A DNA stretch of 64,000 nt, from assembly GCF_009914755.1 (NCBI RefSeq), contig NC_060943.1. One strand, 5' to 3'. This document shows positions 1 through 13,937 of this stretch, in pieces (position 1 is the first letter of the stretch; each line of letters starts with the position of its first letter). The DNA is from the human T2T-CHM13v2.0 reference genome, Homo sapiens. A program made the position numbers and the translations under genes. The notes beneath the pieces were generated by a model that did no database searches, was not told the DNA's origin, and saw only the letters and a program-made list of their open reading frames with translations.

Positions 1-2888
1 TGAAAAGGAAATATCCTCACATACAAACTAGACAGAAGCAATCTCATTAACTGCTTTGTGATGTGTGCATTCAGCTCACAGAGTTGAACCTTCCTTTTGA
101 GAGAGCAGTTTTGAAACAGTTTTTTGTAGTATCCTCAAGTGGATATATGGAGCGATGTGAGGCTTAAGATGGAAACGGGAATATCTTCACATACAAACTA
201 GATAGAAGCATTCTCAGAAACTGCTTTGTGATGGGTGCATTCAACTCAGAGACTTGAACATTTCTTTAGACGGAGCAGTTTGAAACACACATTTGTAGAA
301 TCTGCAAGAGTTCATTTGGAGCGCTTTGATGCCTATGGTGGAAAAAGAAATATCTTCACATAAGCACTACAAAGAAGCGTTCTCCGAAACTCCTTTGTGA
401 TATGTGTGTTCAATTCACAGAGTTGAACCTTTCTTTTCATTGAGCAGTTTTGAAAAACTGCTTTTCTAGAATCTGCTTGTGGATATTTGGAGCTCTTTGA
501 GGAATTCATTGTCAATGGGATATCTTCATATACAAACTAGCCAGAAGCATTCTCAGAAACTGCTTTGTGATGTGTGCATTCAACACACGGAGTTGAACCT
601 TCCTTCTGAGAGAACAGTTTTCAAACAGTCTTTTTGTAGTATCTGCAAGTCGCTATTTGGAACGCTATGAGGCCTATGAGGGAAAAGGAACTATCTTCAC
701 ATACAAACTAGACAGAAGCATGCTCAGAAACTGCTTTGTGATGTGTGTGTTCAATTCACAGGGTTGACTCTTTCTTTTGATTGAGCAGTTTTGAACAACC
801 TGTTTTGTAGAATCTGCTTGTGGATATTTGTAGCTCTTGGAAGAATTCATTGTAAAAGGGATATCTTCACATACACACAAGTCAGAAGCATTCTCAGAAA
901 CTTCTTTGTGATTGTGAATTGAACTCACAGAGTTGATCCTTCCTTCTGAGAGAGCCGTTTTGAAACAATCTTTTTGAAGTATCTTCAATTGGATACTTGT
1001 AGTGATTTGAGGCCTAAGATGGAAAAGGAAATATCTTCACATACAATCTAGACAGAAGCACTCTCAGAAGCTGCTTGGTGATGTCTGCATTCAACTCACA
1101 GACTTTAACCCTTGTTTTGAAAGAGCAGTGTTGAAACACACATTTTGTAGGATCTGCAAGTGTTCATTTGGAGAGCTTTTGTGCCTATGGTGGAAAAAGC
1201 AATATCTTCACATAAATACTAGACAGAAGCATTCTCAGAAACTGCTTTGTGATGTGTGCATTCAACTCACAGAGTTGAACCTTCCTTTTGAGAGAGAGAT
1301 TTTGAAACAGTCTTTTTGTAGTATCTGCAAGTGGATATTTTTAGTGATTTGAGGTGTAAGATGGAAAAGGAAATACCTTCACCTACAAACTAGACAGAAG
1401 CATTCTCAGAAACTGCTTGGTGATGTGTGCATTCAACTCACAGAGTTGAAACTTTCTTTTGAGAATGCAGTTTTGAAACAGTCTTCTTGTAGTATCTGCA
1501 AGTGGATATTTGGAGCGATTTGAGGCCTATGATGGAAAAGGAAATATGTTCACATACAAACTAGACACAAGCGTTCTCAGAAACTGCTTTGTGATGTGTG
1601 CATTCACCTCACAGAGTGGAACCGTTCTTTGGATAGAGCAGTTTTGAAACAGTCTTTCTCTAGTATCTGCAAGTGTTCATTTTGAGCGCTTTGAGGCCCA
1701 TGATGGAAAAGTTAATATTTTCACATAAACCTAGACAGAAGCTTTCTCAGGAATTTCATTGAGATGTGTGCATTAAGGTAACTGATTTGAATACGTCTTT
1801 TGATAGAGCAGTATTGAAACACTTCTTTTGTATAATCTGCCTGTGGATATCTGGAACTCTTTGAAGAATTCTTTGGAAACGGCTATCTTCACATAAAAAC
1901 TAGACCCAAGCATTCTCAGAAAGTTCTTTGTGATATGTACATTGGACTCCCAGACTTGAACCTTTCTTTTGATAGAGCAGTGCTGGAACACACTTTTTGT
2001 AGAATCTTCATGTGTTCGTCTGGAGTGCTTTGTTGCCTATGGTAGAAAAAGGAATATCTTCACCTAAAAACAAGACAGAAGCATTCTCAGAGACTGCTTT
2101 GTGATGTGTGTGTTCAATTCGCTGAGTTGAATGTTCCTTTTGATAGAGCAGTTTTGAAACACTGCTTTTGTAGAATCTGCTTGTTGATATTGGGGGCTCT
2201 ATGAGGAATTTGTTGTAAACGGGATATCTTCACATACAAAGTAGACAGAAGCATTCTCAGAAACTGCTCTGTGATGTGTGCATTCAACTCACAGAGTTGA
2301 ACCTTCCTTTTGCGAGAGCTGTTTTGAAGCAGTCTTTTTGTGGTATCTGCAATTGGATATTTGGATCGATTTGAGGCCTAAGATGGAAAAGGAAATATCT
2401 CCACATACAAACTAGACAGAAGCATTCTCAGACACTGCGTTGTGATGTGTGCATTCAACTCACAGAGTTGAACCTTCCTTTTGAGAGCAGTTTTGAAACA
2501 GTCTTTTTGAAGTATCTGCAAGTGGATGTTTGGAGAGATTTGAGGCCTAAGATGGAAAAGGATATATCTTCACCTAAAAACTAGGCAGAAGCATTCTCAG
2601 AAACTGCTTTGTGATGTGGGGATTCAACTCACAGGCTTGAAACTTTCTTTTGATACAGCAGGGTTCAAACACACTTTTTGTAGAATCTGCAAGTGTTCAT
2701 TTGGAGTGCTTTCTTGCCCATGGTGGAAAAAGAAATATCTTCACCTGAAAACTAGACAGAAACTTTCTCAGAAAATACTTTGTGATGTAGTTGTTCAATT
2801 CACAGGGTTGAACCTTTCTTTAGATAAAGCAGTTTTGAAACACTGCTTTTGTAGAATCTTCTTGTGGATATTTGGAGCTGTTTGAGGA

Positions 2889-2905
2889 ATTCGTTTTAAA
2901 CGGGA
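2889..2905 (+). promoter_or_regulatory. Variant CENP-B box, core intact
   Basis: attcgttttaaacggga fits NTTCGNNNNANNCGGGN. Repeated at +6814. Confidence 0.65.
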
Positions 2906-3740
2906 TATCTTCACATTCAAACTAGTCAGAAGCATCCTCAGAAACTGGTTTGTGATGTGTGCATTCTACTCACAGAGTTGAACCTTCCTTTTGAGAGAAC
3001 AGTTTTGAAACAATCTTTTTGTACTATCTGCAAGTGGATATTTGGAACAATGGGAGGACTAAGATGGAAAAGGAAATATCTTCACAGCCAAACTTGACAG
3101 AAGCTTTCTCAGAATCTGCTTTGTGATGTGTGCATTCACCTCACAGAGTGGAACCGTCCTTTTGATAGAGCAGTTCTGAAACAGTCTTTTTGTAGGATCT
3201 GCGAGTGTTCATTTTGGAGAGCTTTTAAGCCTTTGGCGGAAAAGGAAATATCTTCACAGAAAACTAGACAGAGGCATGCTCAGGAACTTCATTGAGATGT
3301 GTGCATTCAAGTAACTGAGTTGAATCTGCCTTTTGATAGAGCAGAATTGAAACAATCCTTTTGTAGAATCTACTTGTGGATATTTGGAACTCTTTCAGGA
3401 ATTCGTTGGTAGTTGGTATCTTCCCAAAAAAAGGAGACCCAAGCATTCTCAAAAAGTTCTTTGAGATGTGTGCCTTCAACTCACAGACTTCAAACATTCT
3501 TTTGAGAGATCAGTGTTGGAACACGCTTTTTGTAGAATCTGCAAGGGTTCATTTAGTGCGCTTTGTTGCCTATAGTGGAAAAAGAAATATCTTCAAATGA
3601 AAACTAGACAGAAACATTCTCAGAAACTCCTTTGTGAAGTGTGTGTCAAATTCACAGAATTGAAATTTTCTTATGATAGAGCAGTTTTGAAACACCGCAT
3701 TTATAGGATCTGCTTGTGGATATTTGGAGCTCTTTGAGTA

Positions 3741-3757
3741 TTTCGTTGTAAACGGGA
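3741..3757 (+). promoter_or_regulatory. Variant CENP-B box, core intact
   Basis: tttcgttgtaaacggga, one mismatch to the canonical YTTCGTTGGAARCGGGA. Confidence 0.72.
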
Positions 3758-4081
3758 TATCTTCACATACAAACTAGACAGAAGCATTCACAGAAACTGC
3801 TTAGTGATGTGTGCATTCAACTCACAGACTTGAACCTTTCTCTTGAAAGAGCAGTGTTGAAACAAACATTTTGTAGGATGTGCAAGTGTTCACTTGGAGC
3901 GTTTTTTTGCCTATGGTGGAAAAAGAAATATCTTCACATAAATACTAGACAGAAGCATTCTCAGAAACTCCTTTTTGATGTGTTTGTTCTATTCAGAGAG
4001 TTGAACCTTTCTTTTGATAGAGCAGTTTTGATACACTGCTTCTGTAGAATCTGCTTGTGGATATTTGGAGCTCTTTGAGGA

Positions 4082-4098
4082 ATTCGTTGTAAACGGGA
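4082..4098 (+). promoter_or_regulatory. Variant CENP-B box, core intact
   Basis: attcgttgtaaacggga. Confidence 0.7.
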
Positions 4099-6637
4099 TA
4101 TCTTCGCATACAAACTAGACAGCAGCATTCTCAGAAACTGCTTAGTGATGTGTGCATTCAACTCACAGACTTGAACCTTTCTCTTGAAAGAGCAGTGTTG
4201 AAACACACATTTTGTAGGATGTGCAAGTGTTCACTTGGAGCGTTTTTTTGCCTATGGTGGATAAAGAAATATCTTCACATACAAACTAGACAGAAGCAAT
4301 CTCATTTACTGCTTTGTGATGTGTGCATTCAGCTCACAGAGTTGAACCTTCCTTTTGAGAGAGCAGTTTTGAAACAGTTTTTTGTAGTATCCTCAAGTGG
4401 ATATATGGAGCGATGTGAGGCTTAACATGGAAACGGGAATATCTTCACATAGAAACTAGATAGAAGCATTCTCAGAAACTCCTTTGTGATGGGTGCATTC
4501 AACACAGAGACTTGAACATTTCTTTAGACGGAGCAGTGTTGAAACACACATTTGTAGAATCTGCAAGTGTTCATTTGGAGCGCTTTGATGCCTATGGTGG
4601 AAAAAGAAATATCTTCACATAAAGACTAGAAAGAAGTGTTCTCCGAAACTCCTTTGTGATATGTGTGTTCAATGCACAGAGATGAACCTTTCTTTTGATT
4701 GAGCAGTTTTGAAACACTGCTTTTCTAGAATCTGCTTGTGGATATTTGGAGCTCTTTGAGGAATTCGCTGTCAATGGGATATCTTCACATACAAACTAGC
4801 CAGAAGCATTCTCAGAAACTGCTTTGTGATGTGTGCATTCAACACACGGAGTTGAACCTTCCTTGTGAGAGAAGAGTTTTCAAACAGTCTTTTTGTAGTA
4901 CCTGCAAGTCGATATTTGGAACGATTTGAGGCCTATGAGGGAAAAGGAACTATTTTCACATACAAACTAGACAGAAGCATGCTCAGAAACTGCTTTGTGA
5001 TGTGCGCATTCAACTCACAGAGTTGAACCTTCCTTTTGAGAGAGAGGTTTTGAAACAGTCTTTTTGTAGCATATACAAGTGGATATTTTTAGTGATTTGA
5101 GGTCTAATATGGAAAAGGAAATACCTTCACCTACAAACTAGACAGAAGCATTCTCAGAAACTGCTTTGTGATGTGTGCATTAAATGTACAGACTTGAAAC
5201 CTTATTTTGATAGAGCAGTGTTGAAACACACTTTTTATAGAATCTGCAAGTGTTCATTTTGAGAGCTTTGTTGCCTGTGGTGGAAAAAGAAATGTGTTCA
5301 CATACAAACTAGAAAGAAGCCTTCTCAGAAACTCCTTTGAGATGTTTGTGTCCAATTCACAAAGTTGAACCTTTCTATTGATACAGCAGATTTGAAACTC
5401 TGCTTTTGTAGAATCTGCTTGTGAATATTTGGAGGTATTTGAGGAATTGGACGTATACGGGATATCTTCACATACAAATTACACAGAAGCATTGTCAGAA
5501 ACTGCTTTGTGCTGTGTGCATTCAACTCACAGAGTTGAAACTTTCTTTTGAGAAAGCAGTTCCGAAACAGTCTTTTTGTAGTATCTGCAAGTGGATATTT
5601 GGAGCGATTTGAGGCCTATGATGGAAAAGGAAATATGTTCACATACAAACTAGACAGAAGCGTTCTCAGAAACTGCTTTGTGATGTGTGCATTCACCTCA
5701 CAGAGTGGAACCGTTCTTTGGATAGAGCAGTTTTGAAACAGTCTTTCTCTAGTATCTGCAAGTGTTCATTTTGAGCGCTTTTAGGCCCATGATGGAATAG
5801 GAAATATTTTCACATAAAAAGTAGACAGAAGCTTTCTCAGGAACTTCATTGAGATGTGTGCATTAAAGTAACTGAGTTGAATACGTCTTTTGATAGAGCA
5901 GTATTGAAACACTTATTTGTAGAATCTGCCTGTGGATATCTGGAACTCTTTGAAGAATTCTTTGGAAACGGCTATCTTCACATAAAAAGTAGACCCAAGC
6001 ATTCTCAGAAAGTTCTTTGTGATATGTACATTGGACTCCCAGACTTGAACATTTCTTTTGATAGAGCAGTGTTGGAACACACTTTTTGTAGAATCTTCAT
6101 GTGTTCGTTTGGAGTGCTTTGTTGCCTATGGTGGAAAAAGGAATATCTTCACCTAAAAACCAGACAGAAGCATTCTCCGAGACTGCTTTGTGATGTGTGT
6201 GTTCAATTCGCAGAGTTAAAAGTTCCTTTTGATAGAGCAGTTTTGAAACACTGCTTTTGTAGAATCTGCTTGTTGCTATTGGGGGCTCTTTGAGGAATTT
6301 GTTGTAAACGGGATATCTTCACATACAAAGTAGACAGAAGCATTCTCAGAAACTGCTTTGTGATGTGTGCATTCCAATCACAGACTTCAACCTTTCTTTT
6401 GAAAGAGCAGTGTTGAAACACACATTTTGTAGCATGTGCAAGTGTTCACTTGGAGCTCTTTTTTGCCTATGGTGGAAAAAGAAATATCTTCACATAAATA
6501 CTAGACAGAAGCATTCTCAGAAACTCCTTTGTGATGTGTTTGTTCTATTCAGAGTGTTGAACCTTTATTTTGATAGAGCAGAATTGAAACACTCCTTTTG
6601 TAGAATCTGCTTGTGGATATTTGGAGCTCTTTGAGGA

Positions 6638-6654
6638 ATTCGTTGTAAACGGGA
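6638..6654 (+). promoter_or_regulatory. Variant CENP-B box, core intact
   Basis: attcgttgtaaacggga. Confidence 0.7.
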
Positions 6655-7419
6655 TATCTTCACATACAAACTAGACAGCAGCATTCTCAGAAACTGCCTT
6701 GTGGTGTGTGCATTCAACTCACATAGGTGAACCTTCCTTCTGAGAGAGCAGTTTTTAAACAGTCTCTTTGAAATAACTGCAAGTGGATATTTGGAGCGAT
6801 GGGAAGTCTAAGATTGAAAAGGAAATATCCTCACATACAAACTAGACAGAAGCAATCTCATTAACTGCTTTGTGATGTGTGCATTCAGCTCACAGAGTTG
6901 AACCTTCCTTTTGAGAGAGCAGTTTTGAAACAGTTTTTTGTAGTATCCTCAAGTGGATATATGGAGCGATGTGAGGCTTAAGATGGAAACGGGAATATCT
7001 TCACATACAAACTAGATAGAAGCATTCTCAGAAACTGCTTTGTGATGGGTGCATTCAACTCAGAGACTTGAACATTTCTTTAGACGGAGCAGTTTGAAAC
7101 ACACATTTGTAGAATCTGCAAGAGTTCATTTGGAGCGCTTTGATGCCTATGGTGGAAAAAGAAATATCTTCACATAAGCACTACAAAGAAGCGTTCTCCG
7201 AAACTCCTTTGTGATATGTGTGTTCAATTCACAGAGTTGAACCTTTCTTTTCATTGAGCAGTTTTGAAAAACTGCTTTTCTAGAATCTGCTTGTGGATAT
7301 TTGGAGCTCTTTGAGGAATTCATTGTCAATGGGATATCTTCATATACAAACTAGCCAGAAGCATTCTCAGAAACTGCTTTGTGATGTGTGCATTCAACAC
7401 ACGGAGTTGAACCTTCCTT

Positions 7420-10400
7420 CTGAGAGAACAGTTTTCAAACAGTCTTTTTGTAGTATCTGCAAGTCGCTATTTGGAACGCTATGAGGCCTATGAGGGAAAA
7501 GGAACTATCTTCACATACAAACTAGACAGAAGCATGCTCAGAAACTGCTTTGTGATGTGTGTGTTCAATTCACAGGGTTGACTCTTTCTTTTGATTGAGC
7601 AGTTTTGAACAACCTGTTTTGTAGAATCTGCTTGTGGATATTTGTAGCTCTTGGAAGAATTCATTGTAAAAGGGATATCTTCACATACACACAAGTCAGA
7701 AGCATTCTCAGAAACTTCTTTGTGATTGTGAATTGAACTCACAGAGTTGATCCTTCCTTCTGAGAGAGCCGTTTTGAAACAATCTTTTTGAAGTATCTTC
7801 AATTGGATACTTGTAGTGATTTGAGGCCTAAGATGGAAAAGGAAATATCTTCACATACAATCTAGACAGAAGCACTCTCAGAAGCTGCTTGGTGATGTCT
7901 GCATTCAACTCACAGACTTTAACCCTTGTTTTGAAAGAGCAGTGTTGAAACACACATTTTGTAGGATCTGCAAGTGTTCATTTGGAGAGCTTTTGTGCCT
8001 ATGGTGGAAAAAGCAATATCTTCACATAAATACTAGACAGAAGCATTCTCAGAAACTGCTTTGTGATGTGTGCATTCAACTCACAGAGTTGAACCTTCCT
8101 TTTGAGAGAGAGATTTTGAAACAGTCTTTTTGTAGTATCTGCAAGTGGATATTTTTAGTGATTTGAGGTGTAAGATGGAAAAGGAAATACCTTCACCTAC
8201 AAACTAGACAGAAGCATTCTCAGAAACTGCTTGGTGATGTGTGCATTCAACTCACAGAGTTGAAACTTTCTTTTGAGAATGCAGTTTTGAAACAGTCTTC
8301 TTGTAGTATCTGCAAGTGGATATTTGGAGCGATTTGAGGCCTATGATGGAAAAGGAAATATGTTCACATACAAACTAGACACAAGCGTTCTCAGAAACTG
8401 CTTTGTGATGTGTGCATTCACCTCACAGAGTGGAACCGTTCTTTGGATAGAGCAGTTTTGAAACAGTCTTTCTCTAGTATCTGCAAGTGTTCATTTTGAG
8501 CGCTTTGAGGCCCATGATGGAAAAGTTAATATTTTCACATAAACCTAGACAGAAGCTTTCTCAGGAATTTCATTGAGATGTGTGCATTAAGGTAACTGAT
8601 TTGAATACGTCTTTTGATAGAGCAGTATTGAAACACTTCTTTTGTATAATCTGCCTGTGGATATCTGGAACTCTTTGAAGAATTCTTTGGAAACGGCTAT
8701 CTTCACATAAAAACTAGACCCAAGCATTCTCAGAAAGTTCTTTGTGATATGTACATTGGACTCCCAGACTTGAACCTTTCTTTTGATAGAGCAGTGCTGG
8801 AACACACTTTTTGTAGAATCTTCATGTGTTCGTCTGGAGTGCTTTGTTGCCTATGGTAGAAAAAGGAATATCTTCACCTAAAAACAAGACAGAAGCATTC
8901 TCAGAGACTGCTTTGTGATGTGTGTGTTCAATTCGCTGAGTTGAATGTTCCTTTTGATAGAGCAGTTTTGAAACACTGCTTTTGTAGAATCTGCTTGTTG
9001 ATATTGGGGGCTCTATGAGGAATTTGTTGTAAACGGGATATCTTCACATACAAAGTAGACAGAAGCATTCTCAGAAACTGCTCTGTGATGTGTGCATTCA
9101 ACTCACAGAGTTGAACCTTCCTTTTGCGAGAGCTGTTTTGAAGCAGTCTTTTTGTGGTATCTGCAATTGGATATTTGGATCGATTTGAGGCCTAAGATGG
9201 AAAAGGAAATATCTCCACATACAAACTAGACAGAAGCATTCTCAGACACTGCGTTGTGATGTGTGCATTCAACTCACAGAGTTGAACCTTCCTTTTGAGA
9301 GCAGTTTTGAAACAGTCTTTTTGAAGTATCTGCAAGTGGATGTTTGGAGAGATTTGAGGCCTAAGATGGAAAAGGATATATCTTCACCTAAAAACTAGGC
9401 AGAAGCATTCTCAGAAACTGCTTTGTGATGTGGGGATTCAACTCACAGGCTTGAAACTTTCTTTTGATACAGCAGGGTTCAAACACACTTTTTGTAGAAT
9501 CTGCAAGTGTTCATTTGGAGTGCTTTCTTGCCCATGGTGGAAAAAGAAATATCTTCACCTGAAAACTAGACAGAAACTTTCTCAGAAAATACTTTGTGAT
9601 GTAGTTGTTCAATTCACAGGGTTGAACCTTTCTTTAGATAAAGCAGTTTTGAAACACTGCTTTTGTAGAATCTTCTTGTGGATATTTGGAGCTGTTTGAG
9701 GAATTCGTTTTAAACGGGATATCTTCACATTCAAACTAGTCAGAAGCATCCTCAGAAACTGGTTTGTGATGTGTGCATTCTACTCACAGAGTTGAACCTT
9801 CCTTTTGAGAGAACAGTTTTGAAACAATCTTTTTGTACTATCTGCAAGTGGATATTTGGAACAATGGGAGGACTAAGATGGAAAAGGAAATATCTTCACA
9901 GCCAAACTTGACAGAAGCTTTCTCAGAATCTGCTTTGTGATGTGTGCATTCACCTCACAGAGTGGAACCGTCCTTTTGATAGAGCAGTTCTGAAACAGTC
10001 TTTTTGTAGGATCTGCGAGTGTTCATTTTGGAGAGCTTTTAAGCCTTTGGCGGAAAAGGAAATATCTTCACAGAAAACTAGACAGAGGCATGCTCAGGAA
10101 CTTCATTGAGATGTGTGCATTCAAGTAACTGAGTTGAATCTGCCTTTTGATAGAGCAGAATTGAAACAATCCTTTTGTAGAATCTACTTGTGGATATTTG
10201 GAACTCTTTCAGGAATTCGTTGGTAGTTGGTATCTTCCCAAAAAAAGGAGACCCAAGCATTCTCAAAAAGTTCTTTGAGATGTGTGCCTTCAACTCACAG
10301 ACTTCAAACATTCTTTTGAGAGATCAGTGTTGGAACACGCTTTTTGTAGAATCTGCAAGGGTTCATTTAGTGCGCTTTGTTGCCTATAGTGGAAAAAGAA

Positions 10401-11678
10401 ATATCTTCAAATGAAAACTAGACAGAAACATTCTCAGAAACTCCTTTGTGAAGTGTGTGTCAAATTCACAGAATTGAAATTTTCTTATGATAGAGCAGTT
10501 TTGAAACACCGCATTTATAGGATCTGCTTGTGGATATTTGGAGCTCTTTGAGTATTTCGTTGTAAACGGGATATCTTCACATACAAACTAGACAGAAGCA
10601 TTCACAGAAACTGCTTAGTGATGTGTGCATTCAACTCACAGACTTGAACCTTTCTCTTGAAAGAGCAGTGTTGAAACAAACATTTTGTAGGATGTGCAAG
10701 TGTTCACTTGGAGCGTTTTTTTGCCTATGGTGGAAAAAGAAATATCTTCACATAAATACTAGACAGAAGCATTCTCAGAAACTCCTTTTTGATGTGTTTG
10801 TTCTATTCAGAGAGTTGAACCTTTCTTTTGATAGAGCAGTTTTGATACACTGCTTCTGTAGAATCTGCTTGTGGATATTTGGAGCTCTTTGAGGAATTCG
10901 TTGTAAACGGGATATCTTCGCATACAAACTAGACAGCAGCATTCTCAGAAACTGCTTAGTGATGTGTGCATTCAACTCACAGACTTGAACCTTTCTCTTG
11001 AAAGAGCAGTGTTGAAACACACATTTTGTAGGATGTGCAAGTGTTCACTTGGAGCGTTTTTTTGCCTATGGTGGATAAAGAAATATCTTCACATACAAAC
11101 TAGACAGAAGCAATCTCATTTACTGCTTTGTGATGTGTGCATTCAGCTCACAGAGTTGAACCTTCCTTTTGAGAGAGCAGTTTTGAAACAGTTTTTTGTA
11201 GTATCCTCAAGTGGATATATGGAGCGATGTGAGGCTTAACATGGAAACGGGAATATCTTCACATAGAAACTAGATAGAAGCATTCTCAGAAACTCCTTTG
11301 TGATGGGTGCATTCAACACAGAGACTTGAACATTTCTTTAGACGGAGCAGTGTTGAAACACACATTTGTAGAATCTGCAAGTGTTCATTTGGAGCGCTTT
11401 GATGCCTATGGTGGAAAAAGAAGTATCTTCACATAAAGACTAGAAAGAAGTGTTCTCCGAAACTCCTTTGTGATATGTGTGTTCAATGCACAGAGATGAA
11501 CCTTTCTTTTGATTGAGCAGTTTTGAAACACTGCTTTTCTAGAATCTGCTTGTGGATATTTGGAGCTCTTTGAGGAATTCGCTGTCAATGGGATATCTTC
11601 ACATACAAACTAGCCAGAAGCATTCTCAGAAACTGCTTTGTGATGTGTGCATTCAACACACGGAGTTGAACCTTCCTT
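7420..11678 (+). repeat. 25-mer (4,259-bp) structural variant of the HOR, 15 monomers skipped
   Basis: The register jumps from HOR position ~4790-4864 to ~530-605 within 11603-11678. ORFs 7488 and 11747, and 7942 and 12201, are identical at +4259. Confidence 0.92.
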
Positions 11679-13937
11679 CTGAGAGAACAGTTTTCAAACA
11701 GTCTTTTTGTAGTATCTGCAAGTCGCTATTTGGAACGCTATGAGGCCTATGAGGGAAAAGGAACTATCTTCACATACAAACTAGACAGAAGCATGCTCAG
11801 AAACTGCTTTGTGATGTGTGTGTTCAATTCACAGGGTTGACTCTTTCTTTTGATTGAGCAGTTTTGAACAACCTGTTTTGTAGAATCTGCTTGTGGATAT
11901 TTGTAGCTCTTGGAAGAATTCATTGTAAAAGGGATATCTTCACATACACACAAGTCAGAAGCATTCTCAGAAACTTCTTTGTGATTGTGAATTGAACTCA
12001 CAGAGTTGATCCTTCCTTCTGAGAGAGCCGTTTTGAAACAATCTTTTTGAAGTATCTTCAATTGGATACTTGTAGTGATTTGAGGCCTAAGATGGAAAAG
12101 GAAATATCTTCACATACAATCTAGACAGAAGCACTCTCAGAAGCTGCTTGGTGATGTCTGCATTCAACTCACAGACTTTAACCCTTGTTTTGAAAGAGCA
12201 GTGTTGAAACACACATTTTGTAGGATCTGCAAGTGTTCATTTGGAGAGCTTTTGTGCCTATGGTGGAAAAAGCAATATCTTCACATAAATACTAGACAGA
12301 AGCATTCTCAGAAACTGCTTTGTGATGTGTGCATTCAACTCACAGAGTTGAACCTTCCTTTTGAGAGAGAGATTTTGAAACAGTCTTTTTGTAGTATCTG
12401 CAAGTGGATATTTTTAGTGATTTGAGGTGTAAGATGGAAAAGGAAATACCTTCACCTACAAACTAGACAGAAGCATTCTCAGAAACTGCTTGGTGATGTG
12501 TGCATTCAACTCACAGAGTTGAAACTTTCTTTTGAGAATGCAGTTTTGAAACAGTCTTCTTGTAGTATCTGCAAGTGGATATTTGGAGCGATTTGAGGCC
12601 TATGATGGAAAAGGAAATATGTTCACATACAAACTAGACACAAGCGTTCTCAGAAACTGCTTTGTGATGTGTGCATTCACCTCACAGAGTGGAACCGTTC
12701 TTTGGATAGAGCAGTTTTGAAACAGTCTTTCTCTAGTATCTGCAAGTGTTCATTTTGAGCGCTTTGAGGCCCATGATGGAAAAGTTAATATTTTCACATA
12801 AACCTAGACAGAAGCTTTCTCAGGAATTTCATTGAGATGTGTGCATTAAGGTAACTGATTTGAATACGTCTTTTGATAGAGCAGTATTGAAACACTTCTT
12901 TTGTATAATCTGCCTGTGGATATCTGGAACTCTTTGAAGAATTCTTTGGAAACGCTATCTTCACATAAAAACTAGACCCAAGCATTCTCAGAAAGTTCTT
13001 TGTGATATGTACATTGGACTCCCAGACTTGAACCTTTCTTTTGATAGAGCAGTGCTGGAACACACTTTTTGTAGAATCTTCATGTGTTCGTCTGGAGTGC
13101 TTTGTTGCCTATGGTAGAAAAAGGAATATCTTCACCTAAAAACAAGACAGAAGCATTCTCAGAGACTGCTTTGTGATGTGTGTGTTCAATTCGCTGAGTT
13201 GAATGTTCCTTTTGATAGAGCAGTTTTGAAACACTGCTTTTGTAGAATCTGCTTGTTGATATTGGGGGCTCTATGAGGAATTTGTTGTAAACGGGATATC
13301 TTCACATACAAAGTAGACAGAAGCATTCTCAGAAACTGCTCTGTGATGTGTGCATTCAACTCACAGAGTTGAACCTTCCTTTTGCGAGAGCTGTTTTGAA
13401 GCAGTCTTTTTGTGGTATCTGCAATTGGATATTTGGATCGATTTGAGGCCTAAGATGGAAAAGGAAATATCTCCACATACAAACTAGACAGAAGCATTCT
13501 CAGACACTGCGTTGTGATGTGTGCATTCAACTCACAGAGTTGAACCTTCCTTTTGAGAGCAGTTTTGAAACAGTCTTTTTGAAGTATCTGCAAGTGGATG
13601 TTTGGAGAGATTTGAGGCCTAAGATGGAAAAGGATATATCTTCACCTAAAAACTAGGCAGAAGCATTCTCAGAAACTGCTTTGTGATGTGGGGATTCAAC
13701 TCACAGGCTTGAAACTTTCTTTTGATACAGCAGGGTTCAAACACACTTTTTGTAGAATCTGCAAGTGTTCATTTGGAGTGCTTTCTTGCCCATGGTGGAA
13801 AAAGAAATATCTTCACCTGAAAACTAGACAGAAACTTTCTCAGAAAATACTTTGTGATGTAGTTGTTCAATTCACAGGGTTGAACCTTTCTTTAGATAAA
13901 GCAGTTTTGAAACACTGCTTTTGTAGAATCTTCTTGT

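Larger units (their letters stand above)
1..6814 (+). repeat. Complete 40-mer HOR copy (phase set arbitrarily by the window start)
   Basis: 6814/170.4 = 40 monomers. The following copy matches by eye except for A>G at 11423 (vs 4609). Confidence 0.95.
1..13937 (+). repeat. Homogeneous alpha-satellite HOR array (terminal portion), 6,814-bp / 40-monomer unit
   Basis: The sequence at position 1 (tgaaaaggaaatatcctcacatac...) recurs at 6815. ORF-track translations repeat identically at +6814 (333/7147, 2616/9430, 4150/10964). Monomers are ~171 bp with the cattctcagaaac...aactagacagaag frame. Confidence 0.97.

Noticed and set aside
1-13937. Naming the HOR or chromosome (e.g. DYZ3 or a specific catalogued SF5 HOR)
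   Set aside because: DYZ3 has a ~5.8-kb unit and lacks CENP-B boxes, which does not fit. I cannot verify any other name without a database.
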